Origin: Azolla caroliniana
Taxonomy: Eukaryota; Plantae; Polypodiophyta
Reading direction: 5' to 3'
Length of the DNA stretch: 64,000 nucleotides
Assembly: GCA_043228905.1 (NCBI GenBank)
Contig: JBHGNT010000013.1
Location: 18,104,001 to 18,168,000, forward strand
Position numbers and translations under genes: made by a program. The notes under the pieces were generated by a model. That model was not told where the DNA came from. It saw nothing but the letters and a program-made list of their open reading frames with translations, and searched no databases. This document shows, in pieces, positions 39,811 to 51,263 of this stretch; within the stretch, counting starts at the first letter, position 1, and each line of letters begins with the position of its first letter.

Positions 39811-40671
39811 TTCCTTGAGCAATTCTTAAGAGCTAGTTCTGGGGGATGGTTTTGAACAATGTGATATGATGGTGAACGTGTTGTTCTTTTACCTTTGAAG
39901 CCCTCTTAAGTTTTTTATTTGTCTCATGTTGTTGCCCACAGAGACTCCATGTAATCATTAATGGGGGTTTAGGATAGTTGTGGTATCCATCAGTTAACAA
40001 GAATATCAATGAGCTTTTATTAGCTTATGTGTGCCTAGATACATCTATCTTATACTAATGTGCCCACAAGCATGCTCTATTAGACCTTAATATGCTATGC
40101 ACATTGTACAGTCTTTTGTAAGCCTTTTTCCTAGACACATTGTCTTTATATTAATTTGCTTGCATATCTTAAGTACATGTACATTAAACAAATGTTTCCA
40201 TATGTCCATTGGAGACAAGTCTAACCTTGCATGGTGATTCTATTATCATTACTTGCCATGTATTACAAATATCGAAAAGATGCACCACATCTATCATAAA
40301 TTCTTGATATACCCATATGGTAGTCAAAACACTCTAGTACATCATAGGCAAGGCAAATAAAGCTAGTAGGTGATTGATTGAGTGACTCGTACTAGAGGAA
40401 ACACCACATATAGATGCTAACAATCAAATACCTGTCCATGTACCACACCACCAATTTGGTCATTATTGCCAATAACAAGAAGATGTTCGAGTAGGTGTCA
40501 TTCTCTTACCCCCATTGGCTTTAGGTTTATTTTCACACTATGATGGAAGGAAAGCATGGCTAGGTGTATGGAAAACATTGTGGCGTTGTACATATAGTTT
40601 CCCACAAACCAATATCAAATAAAATACCGATATCTGTAAATAAACCAAAAAAGTTTCCTTGTTAGAAGTGA

Positions 40672-40869
<198 letters not shown>

Positions 40870-41196
40870 TAGTTTCTATGAGGAATCGTTACTAGTTGTA
40901 GCTCTAGCTCCATGAGGAATCAGTACTTCACCCATTGAATGACTATATCTATTTCTATGAATCCCTTAGGAACTTCTCTCCTACATGACAACAAGAGATT
41001 CCATAAGTTCTTATTTTCATTAATCGTATTATGTAGTCGGATTGGTTGTTCAATTCAAAGTATAAGCGAGTTCTTTTTTAGTTAGACATTCGTTTTGCTA
41101 GTTTTCCCTCTCCTACGGATCACCTCGCTTTGGGCTAGACTAGATGTTACACATAAAAGGTATATATATATATAATCTTTCAGGGGGTAGGGATAT

Positions 41197-42250
41197 ATGA
41201 GAAGTGCAAGTGAGATCAGAGTTCCCTCAAGCTATTGGATCCTCGCTACAAGTTTCGGTCTAGACACCAATATCTTGGACATAAATCTGATTAACCTAAT
41301 TCTGGTCCTAGGTATTTTACTATTACGGAAAGGGAGTGTGTTCGAGTTGCATGTCTGGATTTCTCGGCTAAAACGGGGTTTTCGTCCCTCGTCACCCGAA
41401 TCACGCAACGGCCGGATATTTATTTGATATATAACACTCATATTAAAAAGATTCGTTCCTATTGCTCTTCGAGAGAGAAAGGATAAAGGGGTGAGAAATA
41501 AAATGAAAAAGAGTAGAATAAATTTTTTATTACATTGGAATCATCACTTTTTCCTCTCTGAAATTGTTGAATAGACAACCTATGCCGAATAGAGACTATC
41601 TAGAGGAAGCGGATGTGTCGGTAGTGGACTAAAAACTAGAAATACTAACAAGGAGAGCCCCTAATACTCAACTATCTTTGTTGTTTGTCGTCCGTTCGGT
41701 ATGAATTGAACAAATAGTGAGAACAACGTCGCAGGCCCATGCGTAAAAGTAAAAAAAAAAAAATGTTGAATGAGTGAAAGTATGTGAATGGAAACACTAT
41801 TATAGCTAACATGTAACTAAAATGACGATGACGATAGGTAAGTAGTTTTTTTATAGGTGGTCTTTATTTGAGATCACATTCTTATCATCCTTAAAATTGA
41901 CAATATATGCAAATTACAATGTACATGCAGCTTTTTGCAAAGCTAATTAGTTATGTCAAGGACACAACTAATTGTTCCCATTCTCATGCTTTCACCCGAA
42001 TAATCTTTTCCTGTCTGAGGAGAGAAAGAGGCGCGGTCGAGAGAGCCGAATGGATTGAAAGATCCACGTTCAGTTTGGGAAGAGATCATTTATATTCGAG
42101 AATCGGAGGTATACGATCCACGTTTATTGATCAATCTATTGGAAAATCGTAGGAGGACAATTCTGAACACTATTCAGAATGCAGGGGAACGTTATAAGGA
42201 GGCTACTGAAAAGCTTCAGAAGGCCTGAACTCGTCTGCAACAAGCCAAAG
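41197..42250 (+). pseudogene. atpF: NUPT atpF (exon 1, group II intron, truncated exon 2)
   Basis: Exon 1 SFGLDTNILDINLINLILVLGIL to about 41339. Exon 2 [16 protein letters not shown] from about 42128. Confidence 0.9.
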
Positions 42251-43132
42251 TTGGGGATGGAATTGTTCGCATCTATGGTCTTAATAAAGTAATTGTTGGG
42301 GTTGTACCAACGGGTAATGGTTTAACCATACAGGGGGGAAGTTCCATAAAAGCGACCGGAAAGATTTATGATGATCTCTCTAAGCAAGCCCAGGCTTATT
42401 GACAAATGTCTCTTTTGTTGAGAAGATCACCGGGGCGAGAAGCATATCGGGGATATGTTTTTCATTTGCATTCTCGTCTTTTGGAAAGAGCGGCTAAATG
42501 AAGTCTTGACTTGGGTGAAGGTAGTATGACAGCTTTGCCAATCGTGGAGACCTAGACGAGGGATGTCTCAACATACATTCCCACTAATGTAATTTCTATT
42601 ACCGATGGACAAATATTTCTATCAACAGATCTTTTTAATTTTGGGATTCGACCAGCAATCAACATTAGGATTTCTATTTCTAGAGTGGGCACTACAGCTC
42701 AAACCAAAGCAATGAAGCAGGTAGTCAATGAACCAAAATTGGAATTGGCACAAATTGCGGAATTGGAGGCTTTTGCACAATTTGCTTCTAACCTTGATAA
42801 GGCTACTCAGAATCAATTAGCGAGAGGTCAATGGCTATGTGAATTACTTAAGCAAGCTCAATCAGTATCATTGTTAGTGGAAGAGCAAGTGGCTACTATT
42901 TATATGGGAGTTAACGGATATTTAGATATATATTAGAGGTTGGACAAGTTAAAAGGTTCTTAATTCAGCTACAGGAGTATATAACAACCAATAAACCTCT
43001 AATTCAGTGAACGGGAGTATATAACAACCAATAAACCTCAATTCAGCGAAATCGTTTGTTCAACAAGCTGAAACTGTCTCAAAAGAAGCAATTAAAGAGT
43101 CAGTAGAACTTTTTTTACTGCAAGAAAAGTAA
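42248..43132 (+). pseudogene. atpA: NUPT atpA with large internal deletions
   Basis: [62 protein letters not shown]. Stop TAA at 43130-43132. Confidence 0.93.
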
Positions 43133-43234
43133 CTAGCTATTTTTTTTTGCGTTAGTGGGCGGAGAGGATGGGGATTTCCATCTCTCCAACCAGTTTCTCC
43201 ATACACACATGGCTATACCTATAACGAAGGCAAC

Positions 43235-43307
43235 TACATCCAATAGGATTCGAAGCTATACTTAAGGGTTTACAAGACCTCTGTCCTATCCATTAGATGA
43301 TGGATGC
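43235..43307 (-). pseudogene. trnR-UCU: NUPT plastid trnR-UCU pseudogene (anticodon now reads TGT)
   Basis: Reverse complement GCATCCATCATCTAATGGATAGGACAGAGGTCTTGTAAACC...TCGAATCCTATTGGATGTA matches plastid trnR-UCU and lies directly after atpA. Confidence 0.85.
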
Positions 43308-43472
43308 ACTTTTCTATCTGGTCGATAGTCAGTTACTATCAAGAAACTAGTGCTAAGTGTGCCATATTGTGAACACACAATAGTTTTTATTCGTTTGCAA
43401 CAACTGTTTAGAAACAATAAAGAAAAGCAAGATCGTTTTGGATAACCCTTTCACCCCTATGTTCTATTTTTC

Positions 43473-43515
43473 GCAGGGAATCGAACCCGCATCATTAGCT
43501 TGGAAGGCTAAGGGT
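43473..43515 (-). pseudogene. trnG-UCC: NUPT plastid trnG-UCC 3' exon, followed by partial group II intron
   Basis: GGGAATCGAACCCGCATCATTAGCTTGGAAGGCTA on the + strand. The 5' exon was not found. Confidence 0.8.
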
Positions 43516-44984
43516 TATAGTTGATGCCAATGTATTATTATGACAACTCTAATTCAGAACCGAACGTGAAAATCTCTATTCATTCGGCTCCTTTACGGAA
43601 ATTTAAGGTAGATGTTAAAGCATATGGCATGCTTTTCTCTACCAGCCGGTAGGGGTTCCCCACCTCGTTTCGTAAGGAAAGAAAGTGGAGATAATGAAAG
43701 CCTGTTACTTTTTGGAATCACCCCACCTAAAAAAATCTCTTATTCAATGAACCTCTTTTTTTATAGTGTTATTGTGAATAAAAGTATCCATAATATCTAT
43801 GTCAAGTTTAATCTTTTTTCAAGTGTACAAACTTCTTAGATGATCCCACTAGTAAGATTATTACCTTTTATAAGTCCCAACTAAGATACATTTATGGAAC
43901 ATGGTTTTTTTACTTCTAGTTACTTCATTCTCTATTTATGAAAAGTAGAAATCTTTAGGGCAATGTTTTTACTAAGTCATGGAAGCAATCGCTTCTTCAA
44001 TGGGAAAACGGCAGGAAATCATGATAAACCAAGATTATTCTTTTTGGGACTGTGTTTTTTTTCACAAGGTTTAGTGATGATGAAATAAATATTTTTAGCA
44101 ACTACCCATAGTTGTTTACCCATCTTCTTAAAAAACAACTTTGGACTTCCGGTATTTTAAAAGTTCCGCTTCATTATTCGCCTTACTACACAAGCAGAAA
44201 TAATGGGAATAACCTAATATTTACATTGGCATCTCTCTCTCTCTCTCTCTGTGCCCACCCCCACACATAAACATAAACATATACAAGCACATACATATAC
44301 GTAAAAATATGCTTGCACATACACATATGTTCATATATAAAAACATGTACTACTCCAATCTACCCTTCCTATCTCCTCCCTTTCTCTTCTCTTCTCTCTC
44401 TTTACCGCTCTACATATATGTGTGATGGGGGGATCTTACTTGTAGGTAGTCGAATGAAGTGCAAGAGCAGTAGGTGGCGAAAACATCAGTCCCTTAGCGA
44501 TGTGTCATACTTCACAACTTGGAAGGTGTGGACCTACTCGACTCTAACAAAAGATTTTATGTTCACAATTTTCACAATTTTCGATGGTTGAGAATTAGAC
44601 AGATCGAAAGCTGCAATGCCTAAGGTTGGACAACATAGGAGAATACAAGTCAGAGAAATTCGTCAACTTCTGCCGACAACACGACATTGACGTGAATTTA
44701 CGGCTCCATACAGTCCGGAGCAGAATGGAATTGCAGAACATATGAACCAAACAATTCAAGAGCGAATTGTTGCTATGTTGCACCATTTCAGACTGTTGAA
44801 TGGCTTTTGGGACGAGGCGCTACTTACTGCCACACATATCATCAATATGTCTTCAAGTAGGCCTCTTGAACTAAAGATTCTGCAAGAGCTCTCGACCAAC
44901 ACATGATCTGATTATGGAAAGCTCTGAATAGTTCGGAGCAAAACAATGTTGCAGAAAGAATGAATCATACAATTCAGGAATGAA

Positions 44985-45771
44985 TTGTTGCCATGCTGCA
45001 ACACGACAGACTCTCTAATGGATTCTGGGTAGAGACGCTACTCACGACCATACACATAATCAATATGTCATTGAGTAGGCCTTTAGGACTTCAAATCTCG
45101 CAAGAGCTTTGGACCGACAAGCGACCCAATTACGAGAAGCTGCGGATTTTCAAATGCGAAGCATTCGCACATATGCCAAAGGATGAACACCGAGAACTTG
45201 AGCCGAGATCACGGAAATGCATTTTCCTTGGTTATGGACTAGACGACTTGTTGCCATGCTGCAACACGACAGACTCTCTAATGGATTCTGGGTAGAGACG
45301 CTACTCACGGCCATACACATAATCAATATGCACTGAGTAGGCCTTTAGGACTTGAAATCCCGCAAGAGCTTTGGACCGACAAGCGACCCAATTATGAGAA
45401 GCTGCGGATTTTCAAATGCGAAGCATTCACACATATGCCAAAGGATGAACATCGAGAACTTGAGCCGAGATCACGGAAATGCATTCTCCTTGGTTATGGA
45501 CTAGACGACTTGTTGCCATGCTGCAACACGACAGACTCTCTAATGGATTCTGGGTAGAGACGCTACTCACGGCCATACACATAATCAATATGTCACTGAG
45601 TAGGCCTTTAGGACTTGAAATCCCGCAAGAGCTTTGGACCGACAAGTGACCCAATTATGAGAAGCTGCGGATTTTCAAATGCGAAGCATTCGCACATATG
45701 CCAAAGGATGAACACTGAGAACTTGAGCCGAGATCACGGAAATGCATTTTCCTTGGTTATGGACTAGACGA
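44985..45771 (+). repeat. Three near-identical tandem copies of about 263 bp of integrase sequence
   Basis: Units start at 44985, 45248 and 45510 (TTGTTGCCATGCTGCAACACGACAG...GGACTAGACGA). Confidence 0.95.
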
Positions 45772-46022
45772 TGAATTCGACTACTGACTTTGGGATTTGG
45801 AAAATAGACAGGTTGTTCGAAGTTCGGATGTCGTTTTCAACGATTTGGAGATGCACAAGCCGATCGAAAGGTCGATTGAAGTCAGAAGAGTCACATTTTC
45901 AGACGTGTCGACTCCTTCGAACAATCCATCCCACAATATGAGAGCGGTAACTTGGTAAGCTGCCTCCACGGAACACAATATGACAACTATTGATACCTCA
46001 ACACAAGCTGTCTCAAAGAGGG

Positions 46023-47329
46023 TATCATTATAGTAGGGTATCATGAATTTTAAAGTTATACTAAACTTTATTCCATTTAAAATTTCTAGACATGCATGGT
46101 ACAAAAGTTATTCATGCATAGACACTCGAGTTAGTTTCGAAACCCTCTTTTCTTCGTTGGCAAGCCATTGCCCCCTCTTTGTATATCGCGCAACGATATC
46201 CCGCACGCTTTCCCATGTTTCGGTGAGGCCACTCTCAGTATTCGTGTCCTCTAGAAGCACTCCAAGATCCTTCCGGTCCCGAACATCTACGGCTCGTAAG
46301 AACATGATAACTTTGTCCGGTGCGAGGATAGCTTGATCTCTTGTAGACAACCTTCCGAACCGACTTTCGAATGCCGAAAACACATCGAGGACCTTCATCC
46401 CCTTGTATGGCGTTTCTACCCAATCCTCAAATCCTCTCCGCGTTTCCTTGGAGGAGTCCTCGATAGCGAACGTGGTCTTTAGCGCCTCTTCAAATGCTTC
46501 CCACGTCGGATTTTGTTGTTGTATCACGTGGATACTCGCTTGAAGCCCGTCGGTAGCCACTCGGTTGAAGGATGCCACTTGCAATCCTTCCGAAATCCCG
46601 CACCGTAGCATTTCCTCCTTGTAGTCCCGAAGATAGCGTGATACGTCCTTTCCGTTGAATTGCCCGATCTGTTGCACGAGCAACTCTACTGCCGCCGCTA
46701 TCTCCGACATCGCACGTTGTTCCTGAAGCATCCGCTCAAACATCATCATCATGTTGTTAGCCTCCGGTTGATTTTCCATCTCCTTGCCACCCGTGTTCAC
46801 GTCGGGTTCACCACTTGTGTCGTGCCTTACGGCTCCGGATCGTTGCGTGAATCGGGTGGGAACCGTTGGGGTTTTGGACTAGGAGGAATGAAAATTCTAA
46901 GGCAATTAAGAATATGAAATATATTGTAAGAAAGAAGGATATGAAAAACTCGTGAATCCCACGAGTATAGTGTATTAGTGAGTAATCAAATTAAGAGAGA
47001 AAAATAGTTAGCAAATTCGTGGATCCCACGATTATATTATATTAATCAACCCTAGTAAAATAATCAACAACCTCTATACATCTTTCTCTCTTCCTTATAT
47101 AGTGTTGGAAGAGTCTCAGTTTATCACATGCAAGCATCATGCTTTTTCTATCTTTAGTTTTCATGCACACTGCATGTGCATGATTAGCTTTCTATCTCAT
47201 CTTTTTCTTTTTAACTCGAGTGTCTATGCATGAATAACTTTTGTACCATGCATGTCTAGAAATTTTAAATGGAATAAAGTTTAGTATAACTTTAAAATTC
47301 ATGATACCCTACTATAATGATAAGGCTTT
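46023..47329 (-). mobile_element. Gypsy-like copy 4 fragment: partial LTR (46818-47329), tRNA-Trp PBS (46796-46813) and gag N-terminus, bracketed by a 111-bp inverted repeat
   Basis: ORF 46108-46800 is homologous to the gag of copies 1 and 2 (GQFNGKDVSRYL...FLRAVDVRDRKDLGVLLED). PBS matches 18/18. Inverted repeat 46023-46133 / 47212-47322. Confidence 0.9.
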
Positions 47330-47749
47330 GATTCGGCCAGTCCCAAGGACAAAGCCAAATTGATCACGAATGGTTTCACAGGAATATGGCGTCGACTTCG
47401 ATGAAATCTTTTCACCAGTGGTGAAAACGACCACCCTTCAACTTTTACTCGACGTTGTGGCAACCCTAGATTTGGAGTTGATCCAACTAGACGTTAAGAC
47501 AGTCTTCCTCCATAGTGATCTCGAGGAGGAAATTTACATGGAATAGCTGAAAGGCTTCATCGTACCCAACCAGGAACATCTAGTTTGCCGACTCAAGAAA
47601 AGTTTGTATAGCCTCAAGCAGGCCTAGAGACAATGGTATAAGAAATTCAACATCATACAATCATTTGATTTCTTTAAGATCGATGAGGACCACAACCTCT
47701 TTTCGAAAATGTCTCAAGATGGATCACTCATTTTCCTCATCCTATACGT

Positions 47750-48680
47750 TGTCGTGATGTGGCGCGTGCCTCGCGTCAACAGTGAGAAAAAGCAAGAAAA
47801 AGAAGTACGCACATTTCAAGGTCATATAGATACGAAAAGAAATAATTGTCGGCGGCGTAGTGGTTAGAGCCACTAACTGGGAATAGAGGTGTGTAGAGTT
47901 TGAATCTTTGCTAGCATGGATTAAGGAACTTCAAATTTTGTTCTCCTTTCCTAAATTTGAAAAAGGGAGGGAATAATTATACAAAATTACGAAAATAGGC
48001 TCCTCTTCTCTATAGAAGAGGGGAAAGAGGGCTTATTTCGGGCTACCCAATTTTGGAGAGGAAGGTGTACCATTTGGACCTAGGGTTTTCTTTTGTTATT
48101 TTTTTCTCTAGGGTTTGAGGGGTCACCATTTTGTTGTTTCTCTTCTTCTTCTTCTTCTTCTTTCTCTTCTAGGGTTTGTGGTCCCTCATCTTGTGTTGGA
48201 GGGCACCATTAGGGTTTTGGCGTTAGTTCTTCTTCTTCTTCTTCCTATTTCATTTTAGGGTTTTGGGGTTTGTTTCTCCTCTCTCATCATTTTCTTGGTT
48301 AGGAAGGTCAGGGGAAGATCTAGGTCTTTTTCCTCTTCTTATTCGGTTAGGGTTTCCTCTTCTTGTGGGCTTGGGTTCTTCTTCGTGTGAGTTGAGGTTT
48401 TAGGGTTCTTGCTTGAGATTTTTTGAGGTTTCTTCTTCGTGGGAGTTTAGGGTGTGTGTTTTGGTTTCCTCTCTCTTCTTGCACTTGAGGTTTTGGTTGG
48501 GTTTATTCTACGGTGGCTTTTTCGGCATTTCGGTGGTCGTTTGCTCAGTGGTTCGGTCCTCCTCTCACGAAGGAGAGTGTTTGGTGCGGTGGCGGTTTCA
48601 GATCAAAGGACAAACCAACTTGGTGTCCGGTTGCGGAAGGGAGGTCAGAGTGGCATGAGACCTACTTCGGTCTGAGGTGA
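47750..48680 (+). mobile_element. LTR of the TGTCG gypsy-like family (3' end not seen), with a tRNA-like cassette at about 47846-47915
   Basis: Begins TGTCGTG exactly where the copia RT stops. TATA-like CTATAGAAG at about 48010. CAGTGGTTCGG motif at about 48546 is shared with the 3' part of the other LTRs. Orientation is inferred. Confidence 0.6.
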
Positions 48681-49824
48681 CGTAACCGCCGGAGATAGTC
48701 ATGCTCGAAGCCCACTAGACTCTCCTCCACCGGTTGGTTTAGCCACCTTTTCTTTATGGTTGATTCATAATCGTTGGTGCTTAATCGCTAACCGATTCTT
48801 GTAGTCATAACCGTTTATGCTTAATCGCTAGCCAATTCTTGTAAAAACCACTGAAATCGTGGTGTTAAGCCAATTGTTGTTAAAAAACCTAATTTTTGTA
48901 TCGTATGTTGAGAAGCAAACTCAACATGGGACGGATCGACTAAACAAGCCGAGAGACGGATCGAATGAAGACGGATCGGCTAGGCCAGGGTCAACTCAAA
49001 GAGCCGATTCCACGAGAGTCAGTAGGCTATTGGAGGCCTACGATCCTAGCCTAGTAGATCGACATATTTTTAGGAGACAATATCAGTCGTTCGGTTATGA
49101 GCATTGAAGTACATGTCAGTAATTTTTTCAGTCCTTTTAAGGACTTGTATAAATGTGCTCACAAAGCACCCTTGTATGTACAAATAGAGTATTATTTTGA
49201 AATTCAGTTTTAGTGTTCTGCTCTCTCTATCTCTCCCGAGTTCTCTCTGCTTGTTCTCTGAGTTTTCCATTAATCCTTCGCTCTTTCTGTTGCTATCCGG
49301 TAGAGCCAGTTGTGTCTGTTAGCTTTCGCACGCTACTCGTTACATGGTATCAGAGCGCGAGGGTTAAGAATTCTCTGTTGTCGACAAACACTAAAACACA
49401 AACAAACCCTGACACCCAATTGAGAATAGAAAAGAAGAAAAAATGGACAGAGGAATGGCAAGCTCACTTCCGACGGAGAAGCTCAATCGGAGCAACTATG
49501 CATCCTGGTCTTATAAGATGCACCAATATCTTCTTGGACATGGATACTGGAGTTATGTGGACGTAGTGCCGGATTCGGCACACAAGGATTTTCCGGTGTG
49601 GAGGCAAGCAATAAACAAAGTCTTGTATTGTCTTGCATCCTGTGTGCACGACCAGATGTTGGCCTACATTCGGGATGCAAAAATGCTGATGAAAAAGATT
49701 TTCACTAGAAGTACCACAACCCAGAAGTTGCAGCTTCAGCAAGAGCTCAACAATATCCGACAAAGGGATATGATGGTAACAGACTACACCACGAAGATCA
49801 CGAAGATCTACGACGCCTTGGGAT

Positions 49825-49970
49825 CATAGTACTAGCCATACGTCCCATTCGTGCCATACTCATATGCCAATATTCGTATCATACTCATACGTGAAAAGGC
49901 TCTGAGTGTGATTGAAATCCATACATGATACATGGATATAATCATATATACATACGATGTACATACTACA

Positions 49971-50028
<58 letters not shown>

Positions 50029-51263
50029 GCGTGTGTGGTCTAGAGAGAGAAGCCCTGTTTTGCATGTGTGAGGAGATAGTGGTTGAGTGTATGTCTAGAG
50101 AGAGAGAGAGAGAGAGAGAGGAGCAAAGGGTTTTGTCTGTGTAAGGGAGAGAGAAGCTCAGTCAGTCCTAGAGTGTGTGTATTGGATTTTGTAGAGAGAG
50201 AAGATCTGTCAGTTCTCATGAGAGAGAGAGAGTGTGTGTGTGAGATGTCACTTCTGTCCGCAACGAATTATGAATATTAGAAAAAGAAACTAAAAAAAAC
50301 CAAAAGGAAAAAAAAATCCAAACGAATGTCGCATATCATACGCGAACGTATGCAAACGTCGCGTACGTCTACCAAATTGGACATACGCTGTCGTGCCTAT
50401 CGGCTCCGGATCGTTGCGTGAGTTGGGTGGGAACCACTGAGGTTTTGGACTAGGAGAAAGAAGAATACAATATAAGGCTAGTTATGAATAGATAGAAAGA
50501 TAGGTAAGTTATGAATCTCGTGAATCCCACGATTTTAGTGTATTTAATCAATATTTAAATAGTAAGAGACAATTTTGATCACAAAATCGTGAATCCCAAG
50601 CTTATATTTTATTAATAATTGGTGTTTTCAGAAAAATATCTAATTTCCAAATATTTCACACACCCCCTTATTACATTGTGTTCCTCATCCTTATATAGTG
50701 ATGAGAGAGTCTTAAGAATCCATGTTTTTTCTATAGATAGACTATATGCTTTATCTAACATACTTTTTCTAAAGTAATCATGCTTTTTCTAATTCGATGC
50801 GTTTTTCTCAACTATAGTGTTCATGCACGTTAGATGTGCATGTGTAGCCTTTTCTTTTATCATGCGTTTTCTTCTAACTAAAGTTTATCCTAGTATGTAC
50901 TTACCTTTCTATGTGGGATGTTTACCTTTTTAACACTAATGATATGTTAGTGTAATGGTAAGGCTTTACATTATAAACATGGAGGTGTAAGGTTTGAATC
51001 TTGCCCTATGCATGTAGTATATATATTTTAATACTTTCTTCTATTTACAAATATGTCTCTTCATCCGGTGAGAGACTCTCACCAGCCTTCTTCATCTGGT
51101 TCTCACCGGGTCTGCTTCATCTGGTTCTCACTGGTTTTCTTTATCCGGTTCTTACTGGGTCCTCCTTACCGGTCCTCCTTCATCCTATCCGGAGAGACCA
51201 AAAATGCAATTTTTCACGTAGTGTGCGAATTACACTACGACACTGCGAATATTAGGAACTATG
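49825..51263. mobile_element. Non-autonomous hAT-like DNA transposon (MITE) inserted in copia gag
   Basis: 8-bp TSD CTTGGGAT at 49817-49824 and 51264-51271. Imperfect TIRs CATAGT...ACTATG. Removing it restores gag ALGS-INMTVDEDEMV. Contains (GT)n(GA)n microsatellites. Confidence 0.88.
50389..51242 (-). mobile_element. Solo LTR of the TGTCG gypsy-like family nested in the MITE, with a tRNA-like cassette at 50941-51010
   Basis: TGTCG...CGACA termini. The first about 70 bp closely match LTR 46818 onward. Cassette TAGTGTAATGGTAA...GGAGGT GTAAGG-TTTGAAT-CTTGC. Confidence 0.88.

Larger units (their letters stand above)
44480..47749 (+). mobile_element. Degenerate copia INT-RT fragment (related to 17510-22978), with internal triplication, interrupted at 46023-47329 and cut at YV|DD
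   Basis: Integrase PEQNGIAE, ELEPRSRKCIFLGYG. RT EYGVDFDEIFSPVVK, QLDVKTVFLH, LIFLILYV. Confidence 0.9.

Noticed and set aside
44985-45771. CRISPR-like array (also considered for 6165-6310 and 57625-57875)
   Set aside because: These are contiguous tandem repeats without unique spacers, in a eukaryotic TE or intron context.
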